Positions 38,443 to 52,300 of a DNA stretch of 64,000 bases are shown in pieces. The notes beneath the pieces were generated by a model. It worked only from the letters and a program-made list of their open reading frames with translations. It did not search any database and was not told the origin of the DNA. Each line of letters opens with the position of its first letter. The stretch's first letter is position 1. The position numbers and the translations under genes were made by a program. The stretch comes from Octopus vulgaris (lineage: Eukaryota), in NCBI GenBank assembly GCA_951406725.2, contig OX597817.1, positions 148,676,001 to 148,740,000 of the forward strand, written 5' to 3'.

Positions 38443-41421
38443 TATATTTAATACATTAGTATTCTTAATTCAGACTTAACAGAATACATCCTTGAATTGG
38501 CAGAATATCCTGAACTATTAAGTCCCCCCATTTTGTCTATGCTTCTATTGTACAACCTATGTATAAATGTGAAAGTTAATCCTTTTCGAATCAAGATTAT
38601 CCAGAAAGACTTGTACCTATCGCTAGACTTAAGAGAGATAATTTTCTGAGTTTCTTTTTAGAAAAAAGAACTGGTTTTAAAGTGGACAGCATTTACTATA
38701 AAATCTAATTAAAATTCGAACTTGCTCGCCAGATCAACTAATTCCGCTGTTCGGGGGATGTTTGCATACATGAGAATATTTAGACAGGGAGAGAGAGAGA
38801 GAGGGAGAGAAAGGGTGTGTGCGTGTGTGTTTGTATGTGTGTATGTTTGTGTGTGTGAGAGAGAGGGGTGGGGTATGTTAAGTCGAGTCCTGGCTATGAG
38901 CTCAAAATGGAGCAGAGATCAAGTAGAAAACGTTGACTTCACGATTGGTTCTGCTCGCTCAGTCTCGATTTTCAGTACCAATACGGACTTACCGCGAAAG
39001 CGTGGCCCATCGATCCCTTCCGAATCTATCATAAAATATAGTAGCGATCTATATCTCATACAAAATGCTGATGCATAATGGAACGATTAATTAACACCGG
39101 TATTTCTCCCAATATATTATCTGCTTCAGACGTACGATTATAAATAACACAAAAACTCGATCAGAAGCAGATAAAAATCGTTCTGTTTGAAGTTAAGAAG
39201 TCTTTAAATGATGGAACTCTAAGTAGAATACGCAGATTGCTTTCTGAATTAATACTGCTTCTGTTGCACTTAAACAAATTATGGTAAAATATTTTCTTTG
39301 TTTTGACAAGGCAGAAAATCAAATTTCCCCAATGATCTAGTGGACCTGATATAAAAACATTAAAAATTTCTTTTTATTACTACTAGTGTGGAATTTGTCA
39401 AGACAGAAGTTTGATCTGAGAATGTGAAAATAAAATGAAGAGTAGGACATTTTGTTCAGAATTCTATCGTTTTTACCAAACAATGGTCGAATGATTTAGA
39501 CCTTCACGTTTGCAATTATGAGGTTGTAGGTACAATTTTATTGAGCGGCAACTGGGATGAAGATATTCATAGCTTTGGGTTGAAACAAGCGTTTTGTGTG
39601 AAGTTGAGTTGATAGCGAAAGTGTGCAAGATTTTTTTGGATGATCAAAGATCCAACGGTTTTGTTACGAACAAGTTAATAGCAGCAATAGAAATCAAAGC
39701 TGCAACAACAATGACAGAGCTTAAAAGTGGACACTACATCTCTGTTAGAATTAGATTCCAAATCACACATAATCACTTAAAACATCGGTGTGGTTTTGGA
39801 TAAAGCGGTCTTGCGCGTAAGAAAAGAACAAGAATGACACGGCTGGACTGCATTTGGTTATGAATCAGCCCTATCAGGTTCAACATGGTGTTAAACTATA
39901 GCCATCACAAAGTAGATTTGAGGAGAGCGGATGGGTTGTCACGGATATAAATGCTCAAAACAACTGCATCACCTCAACAAGCGTGAGGCCAATAAGACCC
40001 CAAGAAATATCGAAGAAGCAAACATAAGAACAATGAGGAACCGGAAGACACCATGACACAGTTCCAAACCTGTACGTGAAATATTTCATAAACACGCATA
40101 AAGCCCTTGTAAAATTATATAACGATATATTGAAAGGCCAGAAATCAAACCCAAATGACTCACTGAGAGAAAACCACCTTATTCTAATAACATCTACAGA
40201 CGCAGAACTAACGTGTACAGACACAAAACTACAGCGGACAATGCATAAACTGCAACAATAATTGCAGTTTATGCATTGTATGATTTTCATCTCCAGAAGA
40301 ACACAAAGAGTGTTGTAAAGACACTTATAGATGTAATAATTATGTAATAAATATTTAAAGACATAATGGGGAAATGGATTTGAAAGAATGTTCTAAACAT
40401 GGCTAATATTGAGTACAGAATTGTTAGTTTTTGTCAAGTGCTCCCACTCGTGGAGTTTGCTTTCATTAGCCCCGAATATGTAAACACCAATAATAAACTG
40501 TTAAACCAACCGTATCATAAATGAATGGAACAGAATTCTACACATAGGAACAAAAGAGGAATTTATGATAATGAATCCCATCTGTATGAGAAGAGGGTTA
40601 TTCCAGAGGGATTCTCCTTCTCAAGGTCTTTTCTTTCTTTTTGCCTGGTGTTATTAATTTTATCCAACTTCATTGCTAAACGACAGTTAACGCGAAAACG
40701 GTGTGTAGGGAAGCGGGATCGGTAGCTTTTGTTTATGAATGATATTGTGTTATACGCTATATATGATAGAACATTGCAAACAATATTACAGAAAGTACAA
40801 AAAATTATTAAAAAGTACCAAGTTAACCTTATAGATAGGAAATCTAATATAGAAAAACATCATTAATATTATATTAGTTAAAGAAAAATAAATACAGGAA
40901 TTAGAACAAATAGAAACAAAACATCATCGTATTTATCATTTATGCAGGAGAAATGGTAGCCTTCTGCATCTCCTAAATTGTTATGAAATGTCTATTGTAT
41001 GACTACAAAAATATTTGGTAGCGAATAGAGAAAAAACTAATAGAATTGCTGCAAATACGAACAAAACAAAAACAAACTGTTTCTCTCGCTCTCTCTCTCT
41101 CTCTTGAGGTGAATGAACAATTATAAACAGAGGCTGAAAATAATAGACAGTTGTGAAGATACGGGAGAAATAACCTCAGAAGTGGTTAAAAATTTAAAAA
41201 CTATACTAGAAATCAGGTTACAAAATGTCATGGAAAATGGTAGCAAAAATGCCTACGTATTCCATGTATGGTATGAGTGAAGAAAGCAAATATGACAGAA
41301 AATGTATGTTTATCTCTGGTTGAAAAGTACAGGGTTCAAAACTGAGTCTGAAGGATTTTTTTCTTTTTATTTCAGTGTAAACACAAAGTTCTAATATTAG
41401 AAACTAACAAAAGCATATAAT

Positions 41422-41798
41422 CTTCTCTACTCTGGGCACAAGGCCTGATAATTTGGGAGAGGATGCCAACAGATTAGATCGACTCCAGTACGCAACTGGT
41501 ACTTAATTTATTGCTTCCAAAAGGATGAAAGGGAAAGACGGCAGAATTTGAACTCAGAGAGTAAAGACAGACGAAATATCTATTTCTTTACTACCCACAA
41601 GGGACTATATACAGAGAGGACAAACAAGGACAGACAAACGGATTAAGTCGATTATATCATCCCCAGTGCGTAACTGATACTTATTTAATCGACCCCGAAA
41701 GGATGAAAGGCAAAGTCGACCTCAGAACGTAGCGGCAGACGAAATACCACTAAGCATTTCGCCGGACATGCTAACGTTTCTTCCAGCTCGCCGCCTTA
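41422..41798 (-). mobile_element. SINE family A (2 units) with target-site duplication
   Basis: TSD CAAAAGCATATAAT at about 41408 and 41800. Confidence 0.9.
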
Positions 41799-41902
41799 TC
41801 AAAAGCATATAATAAATTAAATTATAACTGCAGAATGTAAATGCATGGGAAGATGTACCGAGACGTTTTAGTAATAACTATCTTGTTTTATATAAAAGAG
41901 AC

Positions 41903-42652
41903 TATAGGCCCGACATATTTTTTTGATGGGGTTTGGGATACCAGTCGATTAGATCGACCCCAGTGCCAGTACACAACAGGTACTTAATTTATCGACCCCG
42001 AAACGAAGAAAGGCAAAGTCGACCACGGCAGAATTTTGAACTCAGAACATAAAGTCAGACGAAATACCTGTTTCTTTACTACCCACAAGGGGCTACACAC
42101 AAAGGGGACAAACAAGGACAAACAAACGGATTAAGTCGATTATATCGAACCAGTGCGTAACTGGTACTTATTTAATCGACACCGAAAGGATGAAAGGCAA
42201 AGTTGACCTCGGCGGAATTTGAAGTCAGAACGTAACAGCAGACGAAATACCTGTTTCTTTATTACCCACAAGGGGCTAAACACAGAGAGGACAAACAAGG
42301 ACAGAAAAACGGATTAAATCGATTATATCGACCCCAGTGCGTAACTAGTACTTATTTAATCGACCCCGAAAGAACAAAAGACAAAGTTGACCTCGGCGGA
42401 ATTTGAACGCAGAACGTAGCGGCAGACGAAATACCTATTTCTTTACTACCCACAAGGGGCTAAGCACAGAGAGGAAAAACGGATTAAGTCGATTACATCG
42501 ACTTCAGTGCGTAACTGGTACTTAATTTATCGACCCCGAAAGGATGAAAGGCAAAGTCGACCTCGGTGGAATTTTAACTCAGAATGTAAAGACAGACGAA
42601 ATATCGCAAACATTTCGCCCGGCGTGCTAACGATTCTACCAGCTCGCCACCT
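41903..42652 (-). mobile_element. SINE family A with about 4 tandem ~183-bp units and TSD
   Basis: GAAATACCT recurs at 42061, 42245 and 42428. TSD TATAAAAGAGA at about 41892 and 42653. Confidence 0.9.
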
Positions 42653-43602
42653 TATAAAAGAGAATATTTGCGCAAAGATGGCAGTGTTGAAGCTTTGATG
42701 TACTAGAAACTATACTTACATCAGGAAATACGTTCAGTAAAAGGTGTTATAAGTATGAACGAGATAATTGTCTTAGATAATGAGGGCATTATCATAGTCT
42801 AGCACATGCCAACTCATACAGACTGAAATAACAATTACTTGAATGAGTTTTGTGGATGGTGAAATTGCCATCTCGGAGATGGGAAAACAACACCATTTTG
42901 TGTTACGTCAATAGGTACAAACTAAAACAATAAGGGTTTTCGGACAGATATATTATCAAAAATCATCGGTATACGAAGTGTCTTCCCATTTTGGTCAATC
43001 CACTTGCATATTTAAAATAGACTATCTGAAATTAGCATATTTAAAAGAATTAGTAGAATTACGTAATGTATAAACAAGCAGACGGAAGATACGGAAGATA
43101 TGTTAAATAGGAATAACGACTGAATGAATAGGGAGGAGGGAAATATAACCAAGGATGAAATTTGGCATAAAAATGGTAATATCGAAGGTAATAACCTACT
43201 TTGTGTAGTAAATAGTAAAACGATGACAAATTTTAACTAATTATAATTACACCTGTGGTGGGGAGAAGATGATTAAGTCAATGACAAATTCTGGTCAAGA
43301 AAGTGAGAGGGGATAACACTAAATGGAGGTAAATTCGATTTGGTAGTGTAGTCATAAGGCTGGATCTTTTTTCAGTTTCATGAGATCTCCTCAGTAAGCA
43401 TATATTGTACTTCTTCTCTTAGACGAGAATCATTTGAGAAAAATAGTACCTGGCGGCTAATTATAATTTCTACTTTGGCGAGGACTTATTTCTGGTTAAG
43501 AAACGCAAATGAGACAGCCAAAAAATTGTAATAATAAAGTACTTTAAAATATTAAACATGTTAACAGTAACCTAACAATTTGTTTCACGTACAGAACATT
43601 GC

Positions 43603-43820
43603 TTTCTTTTACTTTTTTACTTCTTTCAGTGATTTGACTGCGGACATGCTGGAGCACCGCCTGTAGTCAAGCAAATCTACCCCATGACTTATTCTTTGTA
43701 AGCCTAGTACTTATTCTCTCGGTCTCTTTTGCTGAACCGCTAAGATACGGGGACGTAAACACACCAGCAGCGGTTGCCAAGTGATATTAGGGGGACAAAC
43801 ACAGACATACAACAACACAG

Positions 43821-43865
<45 letters not shown>

Positions 43866-44040
43866 CATACACATATATACGACGGGCTTCTTTCAGTTTC
43901 CGTCTACCAAATCCACTCACAAGGCTTTGGTCGACCCAAGGCTAGAGTAGAAGACACTTCTCCAAGGTGCCACGCAGTAGGACTGAACTCGGAACCATGT
44001 GGTTGGTAAGCATGCTAATTAACATACAGCCACTCCTGCA
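43603..44040 (-). mobile_element. Full-length SINE family B
   Basis: Reverse complement of the 20414 type, with an internal (CA)n(TA)n tract. Confidence 0.9.
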
Positions 44041-46249
44041 CTGAATATTTTTCTATTAGCCATTTTCAAGTTATGACGGCATTGTAAAATTACTTACAGA
44101 ACAAACTTTATGGTATCAGATGTGATCTTTTATTAGGATTAATGCTGTCAAATTATGACACAAGGCGAATAATTTTATCAGGTGGGGGTTAGCCTATTAT
44201 ATGAACTCGAGTATTTTGAAGGTACTTTATTTTATTGATTCCCGTAAGGGTAGAAGGAAAATTTGAGCTCGGTGGGGTTTTAAGTCAGAAGCTAAAGTGC
44301 CGAAATAAACGCGGATAAGCATTGTGTCTGACGCGCTAACGATTCTGTCATCTCACCATAATTTTTTTCTGACAACAATGCTAAATATCATACATCCATA
44401 ACGACACATATCCGAGGTTGTGACCATGTTACGAATTAAAATCACTCCAAACTCCGAAGAGACGGTTTTAATTATATATCAACCAGGGTGTGATAAGATA
44501 CTCGATTCCAAATATTTATGTTGCACAATGATGGCAATTTATATATCAAATATTAAAAGGAGGTTTCTTCGTGTTGTATTTGATTGAAATTGTACAAGCA
44601 TTTATGTACACTATTTTAAGGAAGGGCAACTTGGATTGCTGAAGACAAAACAGTTGGTCTCAGAACATTATTATGCAAAAGAATTATTATTGTATTATTA
44701 TTGTATTTATTGTATAATAAAATAATTATTATTCCGAAAACATACTACATGGTGATAGAATGTGTACGGAGGCGAGTTATAGAGTGGGAATCTGGTCAAA
44801 TTCGTCCACGTGTTTCACGCTAATGTCTTGATTTAATTATGACCATGGTACGTGTCCGCAGTGTTCACTTCTCAGCTAAACAACTATAACGTGAAGTTCA
44901 TATAAAGCGCAAAGTATCGAGCTGACAGAATCGTTAGCACATCGAACAAACTGTTAAGCTGGATTTTTTCCGGCTTTTACATGCTGAGTTCAAATCTCGT
45001 GGTGCTCAACTATGGGTTTAATCCCACTTTCACTTCAACAGAATATACTACCAGTTAAGTTCTGGTTTCGACATAATCAACCTGTCACCTTCCCTCAAAA
45101 CAAAAAAGCACACCTTGAACCCTGTATCCTGTTCAGGGAAATATTGTGATCTTAGTCGCCATTGAAAACCGAGCAACCGGCCCCATGGCATCTTAGGGTC
45201 ATGAAAAGAGAAACAAACATGTAAAGAGGAATAGGAGCCTCTACGTGGAGTGTCACTGATAAATATCTCCTCCAGATCGCATCTCCTTATTTTGAATGGT
45301 TTCAAATTGAAGCACAAGGCCAAAAATTCTGACGGAAGGGGCATCTGTCTTACAGAATGAAATTCATAATGTGCCTCAAACTAGCGCCAATGAAATGTGA
45401 AGTTCAAAGGCACAATTTAAAGAAAAGGAAACAAAAGGTTTTCTATCTTTCTCTCTTGAAAATGCCAGGAAACTGATACAAAAGAAAGAAATAAAAAAAC
45501 ATTTTCCAAGAATAGTTTTCCCTCAATTCCTTGGAAGTATAGAATTCAATTTATAAAATTAGAAACACTGCAAAGGAAGTAGAAAATAGATCAGAAAGTG
45601 ATGGATACCTTTCTCTGGACAAGCTTTGTGCAAAGCCGATTCAAGAAGCTGATATAATAGGTTATTAGCGCATGCGCAAGATGCAAATCGCCGAAACTGG
45701 CTCTACAAGTTTAATTACTACATGCCATACTTCTGCGCACCTATCTTCGCAGCTGCCTATAACAAATAAGAGTAAGCCGGAAGTGATGCCAGATGTAATA
45801 GCCGAGGAGTAAGTTTACTGTTACTAAAACATATGAACTGGAGAAATTGCTTATCAAGTTTAAGCCTACAATTCCTCTAAACACAGAGTTAAAGGTTCTG
45901 CCAAGGTTTCTCACCAAGAGATTGGAATGTCGGCCGTTGTGTAAGCTGGAGAGGCAAAAGCCTGGACGGTCGCCGACAGATCTACCCTCTACGTTATCAG
46001 GTACATCATAGAAGATGTTGGGAATATATATCTAGCTTCAGTTGAGTGGTAATCAATTTAAGTCAGGGTAAAGCATTACAGAGTGTCCACAGTTGCTGAT
46101 TGGTACCTGTCTTACTTTCACCGATTATTACGATGAAATTTGCAAGTGTAAAGCATTGAGAAAAGATGCCTTTGTGATAGAAGGATGTAATAAATATTTA
46201 AAGACATAAGGCATTTATATGCCATACAAGTAATGACAGTAATAGTAAA

Positions 46250-46835
46250 CCTTGTTCGTCATAGACTCCACAGGATTATACTAAAACTTTGATATTGCTA
46301 TAAGAGTATTGTAGTTCGCTTGAAGCATTGTGTATTGTTTGTAAAGAATAAAAATTTTTAATGGAACAACAATGCACCATGACACAGACAATGGGCTATA
46401 TACCTGTTGTAATTTAGTCATCCATAGTCTGATATGATATTTCGGAATAATATTCCTTCTTCAGTTATTCTTAGATGGAGTCGCTGCTATAATCGGTTTG
46501 CCAACAGCTTTTGTTCAATAATTGGAAAAGCATTAAGGTTTTACTCTACAAATGATCTCAAGAAAATGTTACCAACTATTTGTAATTCCCGTTTAAAGGA
46601 TTTACTGGACTAACAATTTGTGGATGCTAATGGCGTTATATATATGGACCTTAAGTGAAATATATGATGTACATACTTTAGGCTTAGTATTCAACCCAAC
46701 CCATCGGTGTATATGTAGGTCCTCATACCCTGAATATAGGATCCTTTCATACGATAATGTCTTCATTGATAATAGCATGTGCTTTTCCTGTGCTGTCAGG
46801 AGATTTTTACTTTCATTAGCCGAAACACGTGTTTT
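46250..46835 (+). pseudogene. Possible highly decayed Penelope-like element 3' region
   Basis: Weak relics (MLP..RLKDLL..ANGVIY, resembling the GIY-YIG linker) and terminal GCCGAAACACGTG. Many stops. Confidence 0.25.
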
Positions 46836-46994
46836 CATAAAATATATATATATATACATACATACACATATACCTGCATACTTATATACATACATATCTA
46901 TCCACACATACATACATACCTATCCACTCACACACACACGCATACATATATACATGCATACATACATGCATTCATACATACATCTACAGTAACT

Positions 46995-47392
46995 CTATCC
47001 AGATTATTGGGACCCTGAGATATGTAACACACTGCCTAAATACCATTCTTGAGAAATTAGGCCTCTCAAAACCAGAAAGGAGAAAGCTGATTCGATGACT
47101 ACAGATCTAATCCATCATTGGAACTGTTAAAATCTGTAAAACTTTCCAGAAGTTTATCATTTAAATATATATGAGCATGTGTAGATATGCAACTATATGC
47201 ATGAGAATACACACATAAAGCAAAACATACAAATATGCACATATACATACACACATACATACATACATACCTACATACTTACAAAAATAAACTGTTTTCG
47301 ATGTTGAAATTCCACTGAAGGCACCTTGGATCTCGGTTAAAAACCGGTTCTTTCTCTATTGGCAAGAGATCTTGAAATAAACTGAATAATAA
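46995..47392 (+). mobile_element. 3' end of an RLE-type (R4-like) LINE embedded in (CATA)n
   Basis: IIGTLRYVTHCLNTILEKLG..LQI*SIIGTVKICKTF* resembles the PIIIGALG..LQ...GT..I C-terminus. Flanked by CATA-rich tracts. Confidence 0.6.
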
Positions 47393-48499
47393 CATACATA
47401 CATGCATGCATACATACATACATACATACATACATACATACATACATACATACATACATACATACGTACGTACGTACGTACATACATACATGCATACATG
47501 CATAGATACATAACTCTTTAAGTAATACATACACTCCGGGCCAAGTTACGTAGTTAATATGAATATAGTTAATACTCTATTAATTTTGGCATTTGGGATA
47601 GAGAAATATTTGCAATGTTGAAATTTACTTTAAAAAAAAATAAACGATAAGGTTTTAAATAGAAATAATTTTTATAATGTTATTTCTCTGTACTGGTTGT
47701 AGTATGTGTGTTGTACAGTGGTGGATGACCGGTTAGAGCTGGAGAACAGGAAGAACAGGATGCAGAGAAATAGCTCAGGTGAGAGGATATACAGTCAATA
47801 ATTTCAGAAAATCAGACACTGTTGCAGGAACAACAGTAGAAGAGAAAATATAGAGGTGTATACAACACCACAGCTTTATAAAAGCTGGCGAGCGAATTGC
47901 AACTATAGTTGTTTTCAAAACCTTTCTCCAATATGAAGGTAGTTTTCATCTTCCCCGCTTCCTCTATCGCTTTTCTTCGTTTTCGTCCACTTTGTCACCA
48001 TTTTCTTTAGTTTCTTTACAATATCTGCATTCTTTTCTTTCTCTCCTCCAGGATTTCCCTCTTAGTTACAGTCTCTTTCTCTTTCTTGATCATCCTTTTC
48101 TCCGACTTCATCAACGTATTCTTTTTTTCCTTCCCATTTTCTCCTCCTCCAATTTTTTCCCCCTTTTCTTCATTTCATATTTGTCGTCTGCTTCATCCAT
48201 TTCTACTTTTTTTGCTTTTACTTGTTCATCTTCACTCCCCTTCTTCCCCGTCCTCCTTCTTTCATTGTTATTATTGATATTATTAAACACATCACACTAC
48301 TCCTCTTTTCCCTCCCTCTTATTCACCATTTCCCACCTCTTGTTACGCGTCTACCTATTCTCCCTGTAATGTCAGGTCTCTCTCAGTTATTTTCCTTCTG
48401 CATATTGTCTAGCTTAAAACTTCCATCCTCCTCTTTCTTTTACATTTTTATTCTCGTCCTTCAATACTTATTTTATCCTTCTTTCTAACTTCCTTTGTA

Positions 48500-49000
48500 T
48501 TTATTTCAGCTCAATCTCTCTCATTATCATCACCGCCTTCATTTTCTTCTATATCTACATCTTGTTCCAACCACGCTCCCGCCAACATCGACATCCCTAG
48601 TAACACCACAACCATCGCCGCCACCATCGCCTTCGCCATTACCGCCAGCAGCATCACTACTACAACTGCTAACACCACAGCCACCAGCACCACCAACACC
48701 ATCATGAACTACAGCACCATCGTTCCCAGCAACACCATCATCAGTACAACGAGCATAAAGAACTCCAGTACCACCACCACCACCAGAAATACCACCCGCA
48801 CCACTTGAAAAACAACCAGCACTAACACTACCGCTATTACCATACCACTTACACAACTACCACAACTACGACCGGCCGCGTTACCACAACCGGCCTACCA
48901 TCACCACTACAACAATCACCGCTGCCGCCACCACCACCACCACAACAGCAGCCATTATCACCGCCATCACCTTCCTTCTTCTTCCTTCTTCTTCCTTCTA
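48500..49000. repeat. Cryptic (CAC/CAT/CAA) triplet low-complexity tract
   Basis: Mixed triplets with no recognisable domain. Confidence 0.7.
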
Positions 49001-49218
49001 CCTTCGTCAAATTATTCTCCGCCGTCCACGCTTTCTCTCTCTGTTCTTTCACTAGATTTCGTAAAGTTGCATGACTCAGTAAGATGTAAACTGACGATGA
49101 AGCATTAATTAACATGGTAACTAGTTATATTATTTCCGAGCGTGGCTAATCGTCTTTTTATTTTCATTTTTACTCTTTATACATACATATACACATATCT
49201 ACACATACATACATCCAA

Positions 49219-49265
<47 letters not shown>

Positions 49266-49681
49266 GTTTCTCTTTTCCATTTGTTTCACATTAGTTTTGG
49301 ATTTTTATTTGCTGTTGTTTCTTTTATTTGTTTTAGTTCTCTTTTATTTATATATTTATTTATTTTCCTTTTTTATTAATCAAATCTAGTTGCTAGGTAA
49401 CATGAATGTAATCGTAGGCTGCGCATTTCGCTTATTCTCAAAGCGAGTAGCAAACATGTTTGCAGTTATAAGTGATTTGCCGGAGCACGTGATTTCCTAT
49501 TTATTTGCTTCTGTAACTGTTTGTATATAGTTGTGATGTATGAATAAGGTGGAGAGTTGTACGTACGTATGTATGTATGTATGTATGTATGTATGTATGT
49601 ATGTATGTATGTATGTATGTATGTATGCATACTTGTATGTATGTATGTTTTTACGTGTACATAGGTATATATATATATATA

Positions 49682-49750
<69 letters not shown>

Positions 49751-49797
49751 TCTATATATATATATGCATCTGTATATATGCATATGTATCTCTCTCT

Positions 49798-49844
<47 letters not shown>

Positions 49845-50018
49845 TGTATATACATATATGTATATCGTTTTGTATCGTCTTCTAAATGTTTTACGTTCTT
49901 GTCCCAGTTTGTATTTTTTTTACATTTACATATATATATATATATATATATACACATAAACACACGCAAACATATGTATTACATATATGCATTTATATAA
50001 ATATATATACAAAAACAC

Positions 50019-50063
<45 letters not shown>

Positions 50064-50105
50064 TATATACATATAGATACATATATATACACATATATAA
50101 TCACG

Positions 50106-50202
<97 letters not shown>

Positions 50203-50309
50203 CATATATGCAAACACACGCATGCGTATGTTTCTTGTATTATTTTGTAGTATTTCTTTTCGTTGTTTTGTCTTTAACAACAGGTTGCTTGTAATGATTG
50301 CAGTCCACG

Positions 50310-51135
50310 GTACTACTGTTGGTGCTGCTGCTGCTGCCGCCGCCACCGACGCCGCCGACCCCGTCGCTGTTGCTGCTACTGCTTGATGTTGTTGTTGTTG
50401 TTGTTGAGGCCATTTTCTAATGGAGGTGACGATGGTTCCGTGTAAAATAGTCGTATTGTTACTGTTCTTGATAACGACGTAGGTGGACACCTTGTTGTTG
50501 CTGCTGCTGTTGTTGTTGTTGTTGTTGTTGTTACTGTTGCTGTGGTGATGGTGGTGGTGGTGGCGGCGTTGTTAGAGGTGATGGTCCCAATATTACTGAT
50601 GATAATTGTGAAAGATAGTAGTGATGATTCTGGTGATTGTAATGATGCTGAAGGTGATGTTATTGGTGGTGGTGGTGGTTTTGGTAACCGGCTCTGATAT
50701 TGGTCGTGGGGCGCAGGGAAGCTCGTAGTATACGTGGTGACAGAGGTAGTGGAGATTATCGTAATGTTTTCATGTTGGTTGTGCCAGTTGTGGTAGTGGT
50801 GGTGAGGGTGATGGTAATTTGTAATAGGAGCGGTGGCGCTGGTGGTGCTGTTCGCGGTGTTCTTGGTGTGCAAATCGTCCTGCTTTTGGTGCTGGGGTGT
50901 CTCTCCCAGTAGTCTTAGAGTTGCTGCTGTTATGGCTGTGGCTCCTGATTTTAGTATTGCTAGTGCTGAAGGTTCTGGTGGTATTGGTGGTGATGGTTTT
51001 TGTGGTGGTTTTGGTGTTGATGGTGGTTGCGGTGTCGGTTGTGCTGGTGGCGGTTATGGTGGTAGTGGCTGTGGTGGTGGTGGTCGCGGTGGTGGTGGTC
51101 GCGGTGGTGGTGGTCGCGGTGGTGGTGGTGAGAGG
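50310..51135. repeat. Cryptic (GTG/GTT/GCT) triplet low-complexity tract
   Basis: Mixed triplets, including (GGTGGTGGTCGC)3. Confidence 0.7.
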
Positions 51136-51204
51136 TGAATCTTTGTTTCTTTTTTATGTATTCATAAGTTTATTACTCTTTTACACTTTTACTTGTTTTA
51201 GTCA

Positions 51205-51485
51205 TTTGATTAAATAAGTACCAGTTACGCAGTGGGGTCGATATAATCGACTTAATCCGTTTGTCTGTCCTTGTTTGTCCTCTCTGTGTTCAGCCCCTTG
51301 TGGGCAGTAAAGAAATAGGTATTTCATCTGTCTTTACATTCTGAGTTCAAAATCCGCCGATGTCAACTTTGCCTTTCATTCTGTTAGGGTCGATAAATTA
51401 AGTACCAGTTACGTACTGGGATCGATCTAATTGATTGGTCTCCTCCCCCAAATTTTCGTGCCATCTGCCTAGAATAGAAAAGAAA
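51205..51485 (+). mobile_element. SINE family A partial (unit plus tail)
   Basis: AAGTACCAGTTACGC.GTGGGGTCGAT...GAGTTCAAAATCCGCCGA...GCCTAGAATAGAAA. Confidence 0.8.
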
Positions 51486-51899
51486 TAATGGGGAAAATTT
51501 AGCCATTGAGCTTGCAAACTATTGTATAGCTGAAATGCCGGACCAAACAATGCATATGGTCTCTAGAGAGTGGTGCTGCCACTTAACAGAGGTCAGCTGA
51601 TGGACGAAAATGTATCGGGATGAAAGGATAAGTATGTCATCACTCAGCAGAGTTCTTCTAGCAAATGGTCAATGTATCAGAACACATCGATCGAGAAACT
51701 TTTGTAAACGCAATGCGTTATACAACTGAATATATTAATCATGCTTGTATGTGTGTGTGTGTGTGTATGTGTGTGTGTGTGTATGTGTGTGTTTGTGTGT
51801 GTGTGCTCCACCTAGTGTATAGAAAAAGTGTTGATCACAACCAGTGCTCTTTTAGGTGGAGAATGACAGCGAAGATGTCACTTTGAATAGAGAAAGCAA

Positions 51900-52300
51900 A
51901 TTCAAAACTGTTTGGCTCTGCTGTTGATGTTGGAACAATGTGCAAAGCTGGTGACATTCTGCAGACCTGAAAATATGCCAACATCGTTCCTATTTTGAAG
52001 GAGGCTGACAAGAATGAATGTAAAAACTATCGATTCCTCTAAATACCATTCTATGGTATGGGAAATATCTTTCAAAAATAATGCGTAATAAACTACATTA
52101 GAAAATGACTGAAAGGTGCCAACCTGAACGGAGATGGAACCGGGGTACTCTGTTCTATCTTTTATAGTTTTCATTGTATTCTGTGGCAGATGGGAAAATG
52201 CTATAAGAACAGGAAAGAAAAATGAGCATTTATAGAGATGCAATGGATTAAGCGCCGCCCCTTTCGTCAGGCAAATTTGTAACATGAGCAAAGTTTGTAA
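51900..52300 (+). pseudogene. Decayed RTE-like reverse transcriptase fragment
   Basis: ANIVPILKEADKNECKNYR matches the RT motif A.IVPIFKKGD...C.NYR. Confidence 0.6.

Larger units (their letters stand above)
39950..42850 (+). pseudogene. Highly decayed R4-like LINE interrupted by SINE A arrays
   Basis: Relic motifs RRGLFQRDSPS (about 40590), LLFMNDIVLYA (YMDD-like, about 40726) and WLKSTGFKTESEGF (about 41318). Confidence 0.6.

Noticed and set aside
41903-42652. CRISPR-like repeat-spacer array
   Set aside because: The units are wholly repeated ~183-bp SINE segments with no unique spacers, the context is eukaryotic, and there are no cas genes.
40342-46209. Shared 25-mer ATGTAATAAATATTTAAAGACATAA at about 40342 and 46185
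   Set aside because: Very AT-rich with no extension of similarity on either side, so it cannot be supported as LTRs or a TSD.
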